From NCBI GenBank assembly GCA_964016885.1, contig OZ024745.1, positions 102,362,001 through 102,426,000 on the forward strand: 64,000 nucleotides of DNA. Direction: 5' to 3'. How positions within the stretch are numbered: the stretch's first letter is position 1; each line of letters begins with the position of its first letter. A program made the position numbers and the translations under genes. Below are positions 39,790 to 50,498 of this stretch, piece after piece. The notes under the pieces were generated by a model. It had not been told where the DNA came from, did not search any database, and saw nothing but the letters and a program-made list of their open reading frames with translations. This stretch comes from Eledone cirrhosa (taxonomy: Eukaryota).

Positions 39790-40125
39790 TATCATTTCAT
39801 CATTTCATTTTATGTTCGCTTTTTCCCTGCTTGCAAGGGTGGGACGGGAACTGATTCTGGCTTGATTTTTACAGCTGGATGCCCTTCCTAACACCAACCT
39901 CATTTACAGTGAGTGCTGGGTGCTTTTTTGCCGTGGCACCTGCACGACCACTTTGCAGTGGAATGATATGGACCCCAGTCCCTATCATCTCATTTCTACA
40001 GCTGAGTAAACTGGAGCAATGTGAAATAAAGTGTCTTGCTCAAGGAAACAACACATCACCCGGTCTGAGAATTGAACTCACAACCTTTCGATTGCAAGTG
40101 CTCTAACCACTAAGCCATGTGCCTC
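39790..40125 (-). mobile_element. Full-length family B SINE
   Basis: Matches 11660-11993. Confidence 0.9.
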
Positions 40126-40424
40126 CATCATATATATTTATAAACACAAATCAATAAATAAAACTGAATTTCTGATACTTGGTGAAGTTGGAAAGGCATG
40201 AACATCACAAATACAATTTAGCTATTCTTCAACCACTACAAAAAATATTGGCTTCATACCTACCTATAAAAGAGTACATGAAACTATTCAAGCATACTCA
40301 AATTATGGTAAGAGAGATAAAGAAGATCTGTGTGGAAATGAATATGGTAATTCAGAGGAAATAGAGATAAAACATAAATTTTAATATATATGTGTATAAA
40401 TATGTATGCAATGCTTGTATACTG

Positions 40425-40695
40425 TTTGTGTGTATGAATATATGTGTGTGTGTATGAATATATGTGTGTGTGTATGAATATATGTGTGTGTGTATGTATA
40501 TATGTGTTGTGTGGTGTGTGTGTATATATGTGTTGTGTGGTGTGTGTGTATATATGTGTTGTGTGGTGTGTGTGTATATATGTGTTGTGTGGTGTGTGTG
40601 TATATATGTGTTATGTGGTGTATGTGTTATGTGGTGTATGTGTTATGTGGTGTATGTGTGTGTGTGGGTGGGGTGGGGGGCGTGTGTGTACACAC
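40425..40695. repeat. Compound GT/AT micro- and minisatellite
   Basis: Repeating GTGTGTATATATGTGTTGTGTG-type units. Confidence 0.9.
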
Positions 40696-41736
40696 GTGTT
40701 TCTAGAGTGTTTGTTTTTATTTTTGTTATGAGATACAGAAAATCGTATAACTGATATATTTTAGTGATTATAGATTTTCTATTATCTCCAGTATTTCTAT
40801 AATGGATTTGATAAAGTTAGAATAATGAAGCTTATTATCAACACTAAGAAAAAATGTGTAAATTGGTGTCTGGTGTCAGTATTGTCAGAAATTGTCAGAA
40901 ATTGTCAATGTTATTTGGGTGTTATAAAATGAACTTGAAAATCATTTTAAAATAGACTATTTTTCCTCGTGGCAGCTATGCATGGAAATACGTATAGTTA
41001 ATCAGTAATGTAGATGATATCATAGAAATGATACAGGATATCAAAAGCAATGTGTGATACACTGGCCCATTGCCCCAGACACAGCACAATTTCTCGTGTT
41101 GTGTGTGTAAATCAGTATTCAGTTGTCCAATCAAATGAACTGTCGACTCATTGAATTAATTTTAGATGGTTGTGTACTCCATAGTCCCGTGTACCCTTAA
41201 GGAAGAATTTAGCATGACACAATGGCTCGACTTTTGAATTATAGGCACAATCCATCCAGCGAAATTCTCTACAATTTCAGTCTATTCAATTTCACTCACA
41301 AGGCTTGGATCAGCCTGAAGCTATGCTAAATTACACTTGCCCAAGATGTCATGCTGTGGAATTGAACTTGGGATCTCTGATTGTAAAGTGAACTTTGCTA
41401 TCAAACCATGCTGTGACCATGAAAGGGGATATGCTATGTAATAGCACATGAAAAGTATGTGTGGCATGATATGAAATGTATATGTCATGTAACTGCTCAT
41501 GAAGAGTACATATTTTGTAGCTACACAGTAGTTCTTATTTTCAAAGAACTTATGTGAGAGATCCAGTAATTCAACACAGATTTTAAAATAACCAACCTAA
41601 GATCAAAGTTAATTCAGCCATAACCATATAATGTTTTTTTGTTTTGCACATCAAAGATTACATTGTATGTCTTTATTTAAAATAGTAGAATGTGATTAAC
41701 AGAGTATTTGAAAGCATTTTTAACTAGTCAAATAAT

Positions 41737-41921
41737 TGTTTCTACTTTAGGCACAAGGCCAGCAATTACCCAGTGCATTACTGGTACTTTATTTTATCGA
41801 CCCCGTAAGGATGAAAGGCAAAGTCAACCTCGGCGGGATTTGAACTCAGATCGTAAAGGGACGTAACTATGCTGGAAAACATGGCGTCCAACCTTCTACC
41901 GATACTGCCAATCCACCGCCC
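41737..41921 (-). mobile_element. Young full-length family A SINE with 17-bp TSD
   Basis: TSD TTAACTAGTCAAATAAT at 41720-41736 and 41922-41938. Confidence 0.95.
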
Positions 41922-42049
41922 TTAACTAGTCAAATAATGGCATAGAGGCATACTTATTGACTCAAAAGCCAATTGATGTTATGTGTATGTAGCTATTTTG
42001 AAGATATAGATTTAGGATAAAAAATATGTCTGGTTATGAAAACGGTAAA

Positions 42050-42435
42050 GGAAGCAAAAGGCAAGGACTCTAGGGTCACACAAGAATGGGAGGGGTAAAG
42101 GGAGGATGATGGGCTCTAGGCCTAGGGCACGGTGGTTTTGGAGGCTACACCCTGCTGACAAGACCGCAAAAGCATTTCCGCGGACAGTGGCCAGCAATAT
42201 CCACTGCAACAGCCACCCCAACTCGCAGGACTCCTTCCTCAGACAGATTGCTGACATTCCAATCTTGTAGATGAGCTTGACAGTATGGGGTCCAAGTATA
42301 CCTGCGGTCTAGACAGTGACTGGTGTGAAGAGGATGTGGCCGGACAACCCCGGTATATATTTATTTTCCTGTCCTCTGCACAGTACAGGGTTTTTGGCCA
42401 AAGTGACTAAGCTAGGGGCAGAGAATGTCACAACA
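42050..42435 (-). pseudogene. CRE-like (RLE-type) non-LTR retrotransposon C-terminal remnant
   Basis: Minus strand encodes ...GWLLQWILLATVRGNAFAVLS, resembling the Q.IS.A..RGNA..V end motif of CRE-like elements; GC-richer than the flanks. Confidence 0.6.
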
Positions 42436-42549
42436 AAATTAGGATTCTGGTGTAATGTTCTGGTGCATTGCTAACGTGTTTTTATGTTAGTGATTGTGTG
42501 ATTTGAATTAGTGTGTATTAACAAATTTTACATCTCATATGTAGATACA

Positions 42550-42805
42550 CATCATCATTTTACGTCCACTTTTCCTTGCTTACAAGGGTGGGATGGGTCC
42601 TTTTCAGCACAGCATCTCTCCACTCATCACTGTCCTTTGTCATCTCCTCTGTGAGCTTAAGCTATCTGAGGAAAGCTCTCACCACCTCCGTCTATGTTTT
42701 TCGTGGTCTTCTACTGCATCTTCCTTCCACCGAGATTTCTTGGCACTTCTTCACCCAGCGGTCATCTTCCATGCACATCACATGGCCATACCAATGCAGT
42801 CTTCT
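42550..42805 (-). mobile_element. RTE 3' end, family R-B
   Basis: Minus strand encodes RRLHWYGHVMCM...GRPRKT and ends in the R-B tail. Confidence 0.88.
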
Positions 42806-43392
42806 TGAATTAATATATGGAAATACTCAGTTTAATGTCAGAGTAAATGGTTAGCTCACCGGAGTAAGAGAACCCCCAACCCTTTTTAGAATATCAATCT
42901 AGGAAAAGGAAAACTTTGATGTCAAATTTGGAACTTGGCAGCAACCAATGATGTTGAGCTGTTCTTTTTGGATACCTGTCACCATTGTTCAGAGAATGGG
43001 AGTGGTCCAGAGCAATGTATTTCTTCTCTTTAAAAAATTTCAATCACAGGCTTCACGTGATCTAAACGTTTTTCATGTGTGTTGAACAAACATAGCTGGC
43101 CATAGCTAAAAAAGTACTTTATTTTTTTTTCTTCCACATTTATTGTCTTTTCTTTCACATATGCAGAAAGGAGTATAAGTTCTTGGCAAGACTAAAAAGT
43201 TAACTGATGTTAAGGTATTGTTCTCAAAATAAGTAATATCAAAATGTGATAGATTCAATATTATGTGAGACAAAGGGTTTACCGTGAAAATACAATAGTA
43301 AATATAGAGTAATGTAAATGCTAAATGGTTAAGTTTTATTTATGCAAAAGACAGCATATATTAAAAAATCTAAGATACATTTTATATAGATA

Positions 43393-44586
43393 CTAGCAGT
43401 GTATCCCGACGTTGCACGGGTAAGAACATTGGTAATAGCACCTCCAATGAGAAACGTTTATTTGCGAGTGCCTGTTAAAAACTCACGAAAATATACTGAC
43501 AGGAAGCATTTTATTTGGAGAAAATTAAGAAGTTGAAAGTACAGTTTAGCTGTCTACGTGCATTGTTCATAGAAATATTGTTGAGCCCCTTCTTTTCATA
43601 CTCCTCTGTTTTGGCCTATTGGAGTAAATGTGAAAGAGAAAGTCACAGGTTAAGTTGGCAGAAGGTTCCAGTGTCATAGCAGTAAGGCGTAGGCTACTTA
43701 CCTCAAAAGTTCATTCGCACTCTTGTCACTAAGTTACTCTTTCTCTCTATCTCTCTCGGTGCAGTCCCTTGCGAATTTCTCACGTAGGCCTGGTGTAGAT
43801 TTGCACCCGATCCATCTGCCCGATGCACATGTCTGCTTTGTACAGCTTTTGGAGGAAGGAGTGTCTAGCAGTACGTTGTTCAGTATTATTACGAAAAGGT
43901 GTAGCAGAGAATCCCACGTGAAGTAACAGCTCGGGAGGAAACTCCTTACCTCGAAGATTCATTCGCCATCGTTCTTGTCAACGCTCCGGTTAGTTGGTAT
44001 TTGTTGGTCTACAGTTAGATGAATGACGCACAAAGGGTTAATGTTTATTGGCAAGAAGTGGCAACTGGGCTGTCTTGCCTCGCTTATATTATATATTAAA
44101 ATAACAGATTAAAGTTTAAGCAAAGAATCGCTGCTTTCACCCTTAACGGGATCTTCTGAAACTAAAAAAAAAAATCAATCTGTGAATGCAGAAGTAAATA
44201 TTTCTAAAACGTTGCAACCGAAGGAAAACAGGAAGATGATACTTTGGTTCATGAAGACGTTCCCTGGCAATGAACGGAAAATAGAGAACATAATACGTCA
44301 TCAATGTTTGTCAGAATGTTGTTTTGCAGACAGCCAGACATACAGACAAATATTATAAGGGTGCGACGGAGATCGATAACCGGCGCCTAACACCCCTTTA
44401 ACAACATAAAAGCTGCAGTTAATATCTTTAGATGGCAAAATAAAAGCTGCAGTTAATATCTTTAGATGGTAAAGAATATATTATTGCAAGTTTGAAGTCA
44501 ATCGGAGTAGAAATGTGGATTTCTATAGACTTGGCAAAAATGAGGACACACAGACAGACAACTACAGTTTTATATATATGTATAGA
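43393..44586 (-). mobile_element. Non-autonomous Helitron (about 1.2 kb) with both termini
   Basis: Minus strand A|TCTATACATATATATAAAACTGTAGTTGTCTGTCTG ... CCCGTGCAACGTCGGG-ATACACTG-CTAG|T: 5' TC, 3' hairpin plus CTAG, AT target, no TSD. Confidence 0.85.
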
Positions 44587-44721
44587 TAACAACAGTTTTA
44601 GAATATTTGCCTCACTAAGAAAAAATTAAGAATATTACTCTTTTCCTATGTAGAAAAACATTTAGTTTGACATAAATAGCAATCGTTATAAGTGATGTTT
44701 GTTGGGGGATTAGGATACTTA

Positions 44722-44761
44722 TCTTCTGATGAACAGTCACTAGCTGTGAAACATGTAAGGG
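44722..44761 (+). ncRNA. Type I minimal hammerhead motif (PLE-type)
   Basis: TCTT-CTGATGA(44726-32)-ACAGT CACTA GCTGT-GAAAC-AT-GTA-AGGG. Stem III is the palindrome ACATGT; stem I is weak (two G-U pairs). Confidence 0.65.
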
Positions 44762-44779
44762 CAATCTAAATTATCTCAA

Positions 44780-45325
44780 CTAGCAGAAAAACCACCTTTC
44801 GGGTGGTTTTCTGCTAGCATGATGTGTAGTGTGTATATTGATATTATACGCAAGTATATATACATGTAGATATGATACATCAAATAAAATCGTAATTGAC
44901 AATATACACATAAATTGAATGAAGACGTTGTTACACTGTCTTATGTAATCAGTAACGTAATCCATGATAGATTAAAAAAAGATGATATTATATATAAACT
45001 GCATTAGGAGAAAATTAGTGACAGAAAATTAGTATGTTTATTTAACCGATCGCCACCGGAAGTGTTGATATCACACACTCTCTCTTTCTATATATATGGT
45101 AGTCGAAGTGGTGGTAGTAACGATATACCGGGAGTGGAACTTTGAAAAGAAGTCAATTTTAAATTATTTATTTTTACAAAATTATTTTTGTTTACGAAAT
45201 TTAGTAGATAAATTATGTAATATTCATTCATTATTTATTCAAAGTAATCCAAGTTATTTTACTGATGGGATAAACAAAAATAAACCATGCGCAGTTCCGG
45301 ACTTCTTACTTTATTATAGTTTAGA
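44780..45325 (-). mobile_element. Second non-autonomous Helitron family (546 bp) with both termini
   Basis: Minus strand A|TCTAAACTATAATAAAG ... hairpin ending CTAG|T (plus strand CTAGCAGAAAAACCACC-TTTCG-GGTGGTTTTCTGCTAG). The 5' part recurs at 57020-57150. Confidence 0.75.
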
Positions 45326-45421
45326 TGAGGCTTAACATTTAAAACTACAGTTATACTGACATACTATTGATCCGATATTTTATAATATATGTAAGTGTTG
45401 TGTGTAGATATTTATTGTATT

Positions 45422-45817
45422 TGTGTGTAGTAGTATATGTGTGTAGTAGTATATGTGTGTAGTAGTATATGTGTGTAGTAGTATATGTGTGTAGTAGTAT
45501 ATGTGTGTAGTAGTATATGTGTGTGTAGTAGTATATATGTGTGTAGTAGTATATATGTGTGTAGTAGTATATATGTGTGTAGTAGTATATATGTGTGTAG
45601 TAGTATATATGTGTGTAGTAGTATATATGTGTGTAGTAGTATATATGTGTGTAGTAGTATATATGTGTGTAGTAGTATATATGTGTGTAGTAGTATATAT
45701 GTGTGTAGTAGTATATAAGTGTGTAGTAGTATATGTGTGTAGTAGTATATGTGTGTAGTAGTATATGTGTGTAGTAGTATATGTGTGTAGTAGTATATGT
45801 GTGTAGTAGTATATGTG
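45422..45817. repeat. 16/18-bp minisatellite (GTGTGTAGTAGTATAT[AT])n
   Basis: Direct inspection: 16-mers flank a central block of 18-mers. Confidence 0.95.
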
Positions 45818-48082
45818 CATGTGTCTAGATAGCTATGATGTTGGTATTGTTTTTTTGTGTGATTTACAGTTGATTGTGTTTGTGACAAGAGCTGGAAGTT
45901 AAGTCATAACTGTGACAAGAGCTGGAGGTTAAGTCATAACTGTGACATTCCATTATTGATTATAAATCAATAGCTATTAACTGAATATTGTGCTGCTAAA
46001 AAATACTTATAAAGTTTTTATTTCTATTTCAACTTTTTGCTTTCATGTCATCTTTATACCAAGTTGGTAGATAGTAACGCATGATGAAATGGTTGATTAT
46101 TATAGAAAATCATTGAGATAGCTCTGTTATTCTTTGAGGACTTGAAGGTTTCAATTACTGTGAGGTTATCAGTTTCAGATTATTGATAGCTTCATTTGAG
46201 TACAATGAGGAAATGAATTATTTACTATTATCTATTTAGATTGGTGTCCATTGTATTACTTTTATCCTCATTAACTTAATATCATTTGAATGAAATTAAT
46301 GCAGAGACTGGTAAAGATGAAATTAATGCATAGTCAGGTGTTTAAATGAAAAGATTAAAAACTGCTTTGTGTGTGTAAACAGAGAGACCTGAATTTGATT
46401 TTCTTGTATTTTTCAAAATTGTTTATAAAATATTATATATTTATATTGAATTCTCTTCTAGTTATGTACGAGAATATTTTCTGAAGTTGGCTTTTATACT
46501 CAAATTCAAATTTATAGATAATGGGTGACATCAGATTACTTGATACCTTATTGTCTTGGGCCAATAAATATCTGTAGAGTGGAGTGTGTGTGTGTTTGTC
46601 TGTTTGCATTAACATATAGATATTGTTTGAAATAAGAAGTTATATTTATGTTCCACCTAAACAATAAATTCTGCAGCTAGCTGGTTCAATGAAGGCGAAC
46701 AATATACGCCATACTGTAAGTAAAATATGGATTGGCATCAAGAAGGGTATCAACTGGCTGTAGAAAGACTACCTCAAAAGAACTTCACCTAGCTCATGCT
46801 TGCATAAAAAGTTGATGTAATTGTGATAATGAGGATTCTCAGCATGATTTGAACACTATACCTTAAATGCATTAATATTTTACATTCCTTTTTTATCTCA
46901 TTTATTTTCAGGAAGATATACAGACTAGTTTAAATTCTTTAATCTATAATTCAGGTGTTTGTTTTAAGGATGATATTGGGATTGAGATAAATCTTGTTAA
47001 AGTTATAATTTGTACACGCACACACAAATGTGTGATTCATATTAGAACTATAAGCTTTGATGTACTTGAGAGATTCTTATGATAAAAGTCAATTAATATT
47101 GGTAATTGAAGCTATGAATCTAATACTTCAATATATCATGCTTCATTTCCTAGTGGATGCATCATAAAATGAGGAAATGACCAGATAAAACTATACTAAA
47201 TCCTAATTTCCTATCAGAACCAAAGAAGCCCTAATTGCTTAACAAATCTGAAATGATCTGAGATACTCTTAACTTCCACGAGATAAACATAAATTGATTA
47301 AAGTGACACCTATTCAACTACTTTTGCTGGTTAAAATATTCTGGACTTTACAGAGCTTGAATAAAACCAGGTATGCTGAACTAACTGTCATTGTGTTATC
47401 ATAGATTAATGCATTCTGGATTAATTTAATACTGAGTTGATTGAATACAAAACAAAGCAAATTGACCATTAGATGGAAAGGCATAACTCCTTTTATTCAT
47501 ATGGCACAGTCAGGAAGCAATTCATCTAAAACACTTTGAATAGCTGAAAATAAACTAAATTCATTAAACTCTGTTAAACTGCCTGAATTCCCATAACTCA
47601 ACAAGAGCATTAACAGCTTCATAGAAAGTATATAATTTTTGCAGGAAAATAATCAAACCTAAAGTGGAAGGCTGCTAAACAAAATAAAAATGAAAAAAGT
47701 AGTAAACACTGGCAGGAAGGTGTTGTTTCTGAACGTCCTTGCTTAATTCTAGATAATGAATTACTGATAATATTTATTACTGTATGCAACCTGCAAGGCC
47801 AGTAGAACAAGGTAAAACAAGCATTCAGAATTATTTATCCAAGATTATAAATGACATGGCCTTGCTGAATGAAATATGAGAAATTTATGAGCATCTAATG
47901 TAATAGTTCAAAGAAGATTATTTTAAATGTTAGTTTATATTTTCCTCAGGCATATAACATTTAAACAAATGAATAAATAGAATATAGAATGTAATTAGAG
48001 GAAATATAAATATTAGACACATAAAATTGTTTTATATATATATATATATATAGTTATGTATTAAACAACATAAGATAATTAT

Positions 48083-48140
48083 TTCATTTACCAGTGGTTT
48101 CTTGAAGGCAGATGTGTCTGTCTTCAGTCGTCAGAATGAA
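48083..48140 (-). ncRNA. Type I hammerhead motif (PLE-type)
   Basis: Minus strand: TTCATT-CTGACGA-CTGAAGACAGA-CACA-TCTGCCTTCAA-GAAAC-CACTG-GTA-AATGAA. Stem I is a perfect 6 bp and the cleavage triplet is GUA. Confidence 0.8.
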
Positions 48141-48148
48141 TAAATAAA

Positions 48149-48340
48149 TAACTGTTTCTACTTTAGGCACAAGGCCAGCAATTACCCAGTGCAATACTGG
48201 TACTTTATTTTATCGATCCCGTAAGGATGAAAGGCAAAGTTAACCTCGGCGGGATTTGAACTCAGAATGGCAAGGGCCGTAACTCTATACGTCAAAGCAT
48301 AGCGTCCGACCCTCTACCGATACTGCCAATCCACCGCCAT
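48149..48340 (-). mobile_element. Family A SINE with TSD TGAATAAATAAA, inserted against the HHR
   Basis: TSD at 48137-48148 and 48341-48352. Confidence 0.92.
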
Positions 48341-48799
48341 TGAATAAATAAACAACATGGTGTTTTTATTAAATATGGATTTGAAAACAAAATTTAGGAA
48401 ATATGAAAGTGAGGCTGCAAAAAACGGGCAAAAAGGAAATAGGGGAAAAAAATTATAAAAAATATATATAAAAAATTGAATATCCAGAGCATAAACATAG
48501 ACTCAACTACGCGCATATACTAAAAAGTACATAGACGGATACTTTCTTACATAAGCGTATACATGGAAATACGAACAGGCACATAAATACATCCACATAC
48601 ACATATACACTCAAATATGTACACACAAATACATACGCACACATATAAAAAGGGGTTGTACACACATAAACATACATACAAACACAAAACCACAAAAACA
48701 AAAAGCTCTATACATACGCACACATGTATATACACAAACGCATATATATACACACACACGTACACATACATACCCATACACATATACAAGCATACAAAT

Positions 48800-48841
<42 letters not shown>

Positions 48842-48856
48842 TCTTTGTTTTTATTA

Positions 48857-48888
<32 letters not shown>

Positions 48889-48892
<4 letters not shown>

Positions 48893-49445
48893 TAATAAAA
48901 ACAAAGAACAAGTTCCTGATATTAAAAAATTCATCATTTTACGATCGTTTCTGGGATGTATATGTGTGTTGGTATGTATATCATATAGATCTATGTAAAA
49001 AGATTACAAATTATCAGAGGAAATATACATACCTTCACATATACATGCTGTCCTCAGAAATGATGAGATATGTTTATTGAAAAAAATCAACAAAGATTTA
49101 ATATAAAAGGTCTGTTTGGGAGCAGATTTTGAATTGACCAATAGAAAAGTAGTTAGAGGTCAAGTTGATAGAATAGCAGTAGTAGAAATTTAATCTAGGG
49201 GTAGAGGAGTGCAGACTTATGTTTTGAATGAAAAGAATACTTTGGGGATGAAAAGAGGTCAAGCCAAGAAGATAGTGAAGGGTACACGAAAGTTTGATGT
49301 TATTAAAGAATAATGTTAAAAACGAAGGAAAATAAAATTTTAGGGTAAGGGTATTAGTGAGAAATACCAATCTTATTTAAACCACAAGGAGTCTAGATCT
49401 ATAACAAGAAATTAAATTAATTGGGAAGTAGTTTAGAAACAGAAA
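48889..49445 (-). mobile_element. Penelope-like element 3' end (GIY-YIG C-terminal remnant, 3' UTR, HHR)
   Basis: Minus strand ACTCCTTGTGGTTTAAATAAG (49393-49373) encodes TPCGLNK, matching the PLE P.GLN C-terminal motif. It is followed by a UTR and the HHR and is bounded by (TA)n on both sides. Confidence 0.7.
48931..49066 (-). ncRNA. Type I hammerhead motif with 99-nt stem II
   Basis: Minus strand: TCATCATTT-CTGAGGA-CAGC ATGTATATGTG..GGTATGTATAT...ATATACATACC..CACATATACAT CCCA-GAAAC-GATC-GTA-AAATGATGA. It has a 9-bp stem I, two 11-bp helices and the palindrome ACGATCGT. Confidence 0.85.
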
Positions 49446-49465
49446 AAAAAAAATAAATAAATAAA

Positions 49466-49498
<33 letters not shown>

Positions 49499-49499
<1 letters not shown>

Positions 49500-49687
49500 A
49501 CGAAGGAAATGTGGTAAGGAACCAGGTGGACCATAACGCACCAAAGTACTCAATACTTAGGGTAGTAGAGTGGGTAATAGGAACAAGTAAGATCCCGACG
49601 GCTGAGCTCAAGCCGTTTCGACGGCTAATTCAGTCCAGAATTAGCCGTCGAAACGGCTTGAGCTCAGCCGTCGGGGTCTTACTTGTT

Positions 49688-49692
<5 letters not shown>
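49499..49692. mobile_element. PLE-like pLTR tail with a terminal palindrome of about 115 bp (49577-49690) containing two half-hammerheads
   Basis: Arms of about 54 bp with one mismatch around loop AGTCCA. Both strands read GAATTAGCCGTC-GAAACGGCT-TGAGCTC-AGCCGTC. Flanked by (TA)n. Confidence 0.65.
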
Positions 49693-49720
<28 letters not shown>

Positions 49721-49726
<6 letters not shown>

Positions 49727-49960
49727 GAGACTGAGGTTAGCTGGACATGCTCACCGACATCCAGAGTTGACATTGCACTCAGTGCTCCTTTGGGAGCCCC
49801 TACATGGACACACTAGAAGAGGAAGACCAAGGTTAACGTATGTTGATGCCCTAAGGACAGACACTGGTCTGTTGGAGACGCAGGACATGGCAGCGATAAT
49901 GAGGGACAGAGACCGCTGGAGAGAACTCGTCCATGGATCTCGGGAATTTTACCCGCCTTA
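49721..49960 (+). mobile_element. RTE/RTEX-group LINE 3' fragment
   Basis: Encodes RRLRLAGHAHRHPE...LLWEP.HG..RRGRPRLTYVDAL..DTGL...DRDRWR. Confidence 0.85.
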
Positions 49961-50054
49961 GAAAATATATATAGGTATATATAGGAATATATAGGTACTT
50001 CGTTCTTGAATTTGTTTTGCAAGATTTCTTATCTGAAAACGTGTGTTGAAACAT

Positions 50055-50498
50055 ATGTTAAATGATGATCATTATATATTGTTATACTTTGGGAGGGTCA
50101 TGCTGCCAATAAAAACACACATCTGTTGGTTTTTCACTGCAATTTATTATAAATTTCAGGTTGGTTGGTTAGTTGGCTGGTTGGATAACCAGATGCTGGC
50201 TTATATATTGTCAAAGCTCTTTCGTCACACATTCTGTGACACAACACACAAAAAGAAGATGGTGTAGGACAGAACAAAAGAGAGACACAAAATAAAAACC
50301 CAGTCACTGAGGAGGTCACAAAATGTGTGACGAAAAAGCTTTGACAATATATAAACAATCATCTGGTTATGGAACCAACCAACTAATCGGAAATTTATAA
50401 TACATTGAAGTGAAAACCAACAGATGTGTGTGTGTTTTTATTGGCAGCATGACCCTCCCAAAGTATAACAATATATAATTACGATCATCATTTAACAT
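50055..50498. mobile_element. PLE-like inverted pLTR pair (arms 50055-50240 and 50315-50498)
   Basis: Arms are reverse complements with scattered substitutions and indels; the HHR overlaps the start of the right arm. Confidence 0.75.
50303..50345 (+). ncRNA. Type I minimal hammerhead motif
   Basis: GTCA-CTGAGGA-G-GTCACA AAATG TGTGAC-GAAA-AAGCTT-TGAC. The inverted copy preserves GAAAGAGCTT|TGAC. Stem I is GTCA/TGAC. Confidence 0.65.

Noticed and set aside
45380-45888. Repetitive ORFs (TTTHIY)n, and similar ones at 40444-40754 and 48507-49080
   Set aside because: Translations of minisatellites and microsatellites.
46677-46715. 39-nt AG..GTAAGT micro-exon (SWFNEGEQYTPY)
   Set aside because: Weak polypyrimidine tract, and the donor lies within a decayed SINE segment (CTGTAA...GGATTGGCATCAAGAAGGG).
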